A stretch of 64,000 nt of DNA, from assembly GCA_913775595.1 (NCBI GenBank), contig CAJYLB010000001.1, positions 1 to 64,000 on the forward strand. Reading direction: 5' to 3'. Positions 61,192-64,000 of the stretch are shown one piece after another; position 1 is the first letter of the stretch, and each line of letters begins with the position of its first letter. The position numbers and the translations under genes were made by a program. The notes below the pieces were generated by a model. The model was not told the origin of the DNA and did no database searches. It worked only from the letters and a program-made list of their open reading frames with translations. This stretch comes from an uncultured Aquiluna sp. (lineage in GTDB: Bacteria > Actinomycetota > Actinomycetes > Actinomycetales > Microbacteriaceae).

Positions 61192-62490
61192 CTACCCAAT
61201 CCTTTGTTTTCGACCCAGCAATCCCTGGGGTCTTACTAGCAGTACAACAATTAGAACAACCAGAGCGCCCACGTACTTGAGGTCGGCCGGGATAACCAGT
61301 CCCGACATCTCAACGAGCACTCCCACAATTAGCGCACCTAGCAGCGCACCGAAAGCCGTTCCCAGTCCACCGAGTGTCACCGCCGCGAAAATAAGGAGCA
61401 GGATCTGCGTTCCCATATCCCACTTGATTCCCGGGCGGAAGTAGGCCCAGAGCACACCAGCCAGACCTGCGAGGGCTGCGGCCAGGATCCAAACAATTCG
61501 AATCACTCGATCCACGTCGATTCCGGAGGCAGCTGCGAGGTCTGGGTTGTCAGAGATTGCCCTTGTCGCCTTACCTGTCTTGGTGCGGAGCAGCCAGTAT
61601 GCAAAGGCGACGATAACCACGATGCTCAATGCCATGGACATCAGGTCGGTCGAGCTCAGGGCCACTGCCCCGAACAGCTGCATCTTCGGTGCATCAAAGC
61701 CTGGAAGCTGCTCTGTGCCACCACCAATTACAAACTGGATCACGTAGCGCATCGTTAGCGAAAGTCCAATGGAAACAATCATCAGCTGGACGATTCCCAG
61801 CCCCTTCTTTCGAAGCGGTCGCCACAATCCGGCATCAAGAGACCATCCCAAGCCGGCAGAGAGTGCTACAGCGATCGGAATTGCAATGAAGAGCGGTAGC
61901 TGCAGTCCGACGCCAAAAATCAATGCGGCAACGGCGCCGAAGGTCACCATCTCACCGTGAGAGAAGTTGGAAAGCCCGGTGGTTCCGAAGACTAGGGAGA
62001 CTCCAACGGCGGCCAGACCCAACATCAGACCAAAGTTGATGCCATAGACGAACCGAGACACGATTTGGTCAAACAGAGAGGTTTCATTTCGCTCACCCTC
62101 ACCGATGAAGAAGTTCTGTGCGACTCGGTCGGTGAGGCCAAACTCAACTTCTTGGGTGGCGCCACCCTCTAGCACCGCAATGCCCTCCGGCAGAGTCGTC
62201 TCGTCGAGGGTTACGTTGTAGTTGCGGACCTCAGGCACGCCGATTGACCAACGGCCGTCGGCATCAGTCACGGTCTCAGCTGTGTAGCCACCGCCATCGA
62301 CAACGATTCGAACGCCTTGGACCGGCTCACCGTCAATCTTGACATTTCCAAAGATTGTCGCCGAATACTCTTCGCCAACACTGTCTCCCAGAGCTGGAGC
62401 CGAGACACTGAGGCCTCCGATAAGCGCCAGTAGGGCTACGAGAATGACGCGAAATACCCCGCGCTTAGTGTCATCCAAGAGGAATTTCAC
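61192..62490 (-). CDS. livH: Liv-type ABC permease with extra N-terminal extracellular beta domain
   Basis: NFSHGE, GKATRAISDNPDLA, LGGLG, RPQGLLG; GTG 62490 after GGAGGAG. Confidence 0.85.
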   Translation of the reverse strand: MKFLLDDTKRGVFRVILVALLALIGGLSVSAPALGDSVGEEYSATIFGNVKIDGEPVQGVRIVVDGGGYTAETVTDADGRWSIGVPEVRNYNVTLDETTLPEGIAVLEGGATQEVEFGLTDRVAQNFFIGEGERNETSLFDQIVSRFVYGINFGLMLGLAAVGVSLVFGTTGLSNFSHGEMVTFGAVAALIFGVGLQLPLFIAIPIAVALSAGLGWSLDAGLWRPLRKKGLGIVQLMIVSIGLSLTMRYVIQFVIGGGTEQLPGFDAPKMQLFGAVALSSTDLMSMALSIVVIVAFAYWLLRTKTGKATRAISDNPDLAAASGIDVDRVIRIVWILAAALAGLAGVLWAYFRPGIKWDMGTQILLLIFAAVTLGGLGTAFGALLGALIVGVLVEMSGLVIPADLKYVGALVVLIVVLLVRPQGLLGRKQRIG

Positions 62491-62620
62491 TTCTCCTCCA
62501 AATCCTTCCGAGCGCCATCGCCCGGTCCTTGCCCCGTGCACGGGGTTTACAAAACCTTACCAGCGTAGCGGGTGGCAGGAACAGCTGGCATAAAACCTCA
62601 GGCCTCCGCACCTTTGATGA

Positions 62621-64000
<1,380 letters not shown>

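Overview
Compact actinobacterial genome segment. Gene content and signatures suggest Microbacteriaceae, probably a small free-living Luna-type lineage; this is inference. Bases 1-11.3 kb are an accessory cell-surface region. It holds three proteins sharing a Cys-containing OmpA-like C-terminal module, a lipoprotein, a 1697-aa C-type-lectin/Ig-like protein ending in a multi-pass membrane domain, a membrane-tethered ECF sigma factor and a trypsin-like protease. The rest is core genome: tadA, tRNA-Ser(CGA), prfB-ftsEX-smpB, rpoBC, the str/S10/spc/alpha ribosomal clusters, truA, rplM-rpsI, glmM, coaA, glmS-acpS-alr-tsaE-tsaB-(rimI-tsaD fusion), CIRCE-controlled groES, rarD, a Liv-type ABC transporter and partial guaB. 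Main surprises: (1) RNA polymerase beta and beta' are strongly remodelled, with a ~22-aa trigger-loop insertion where E. coli has SI3, altered bridge helix/F-loop/fork/gate loop and enlarged beta'i1 and jaw, while the catalytic motif is intact; (2) the rpoB and rpoA leaders carry hairpins with an identical AAAUAGCG loop; (3) the shared C-terminal surface module and the tethered ECF/protease/lectin cluster; (4) long charged low-complexity tails on S17, L15 and L17. All comparisons to reference proteins are from memory and need alignment.
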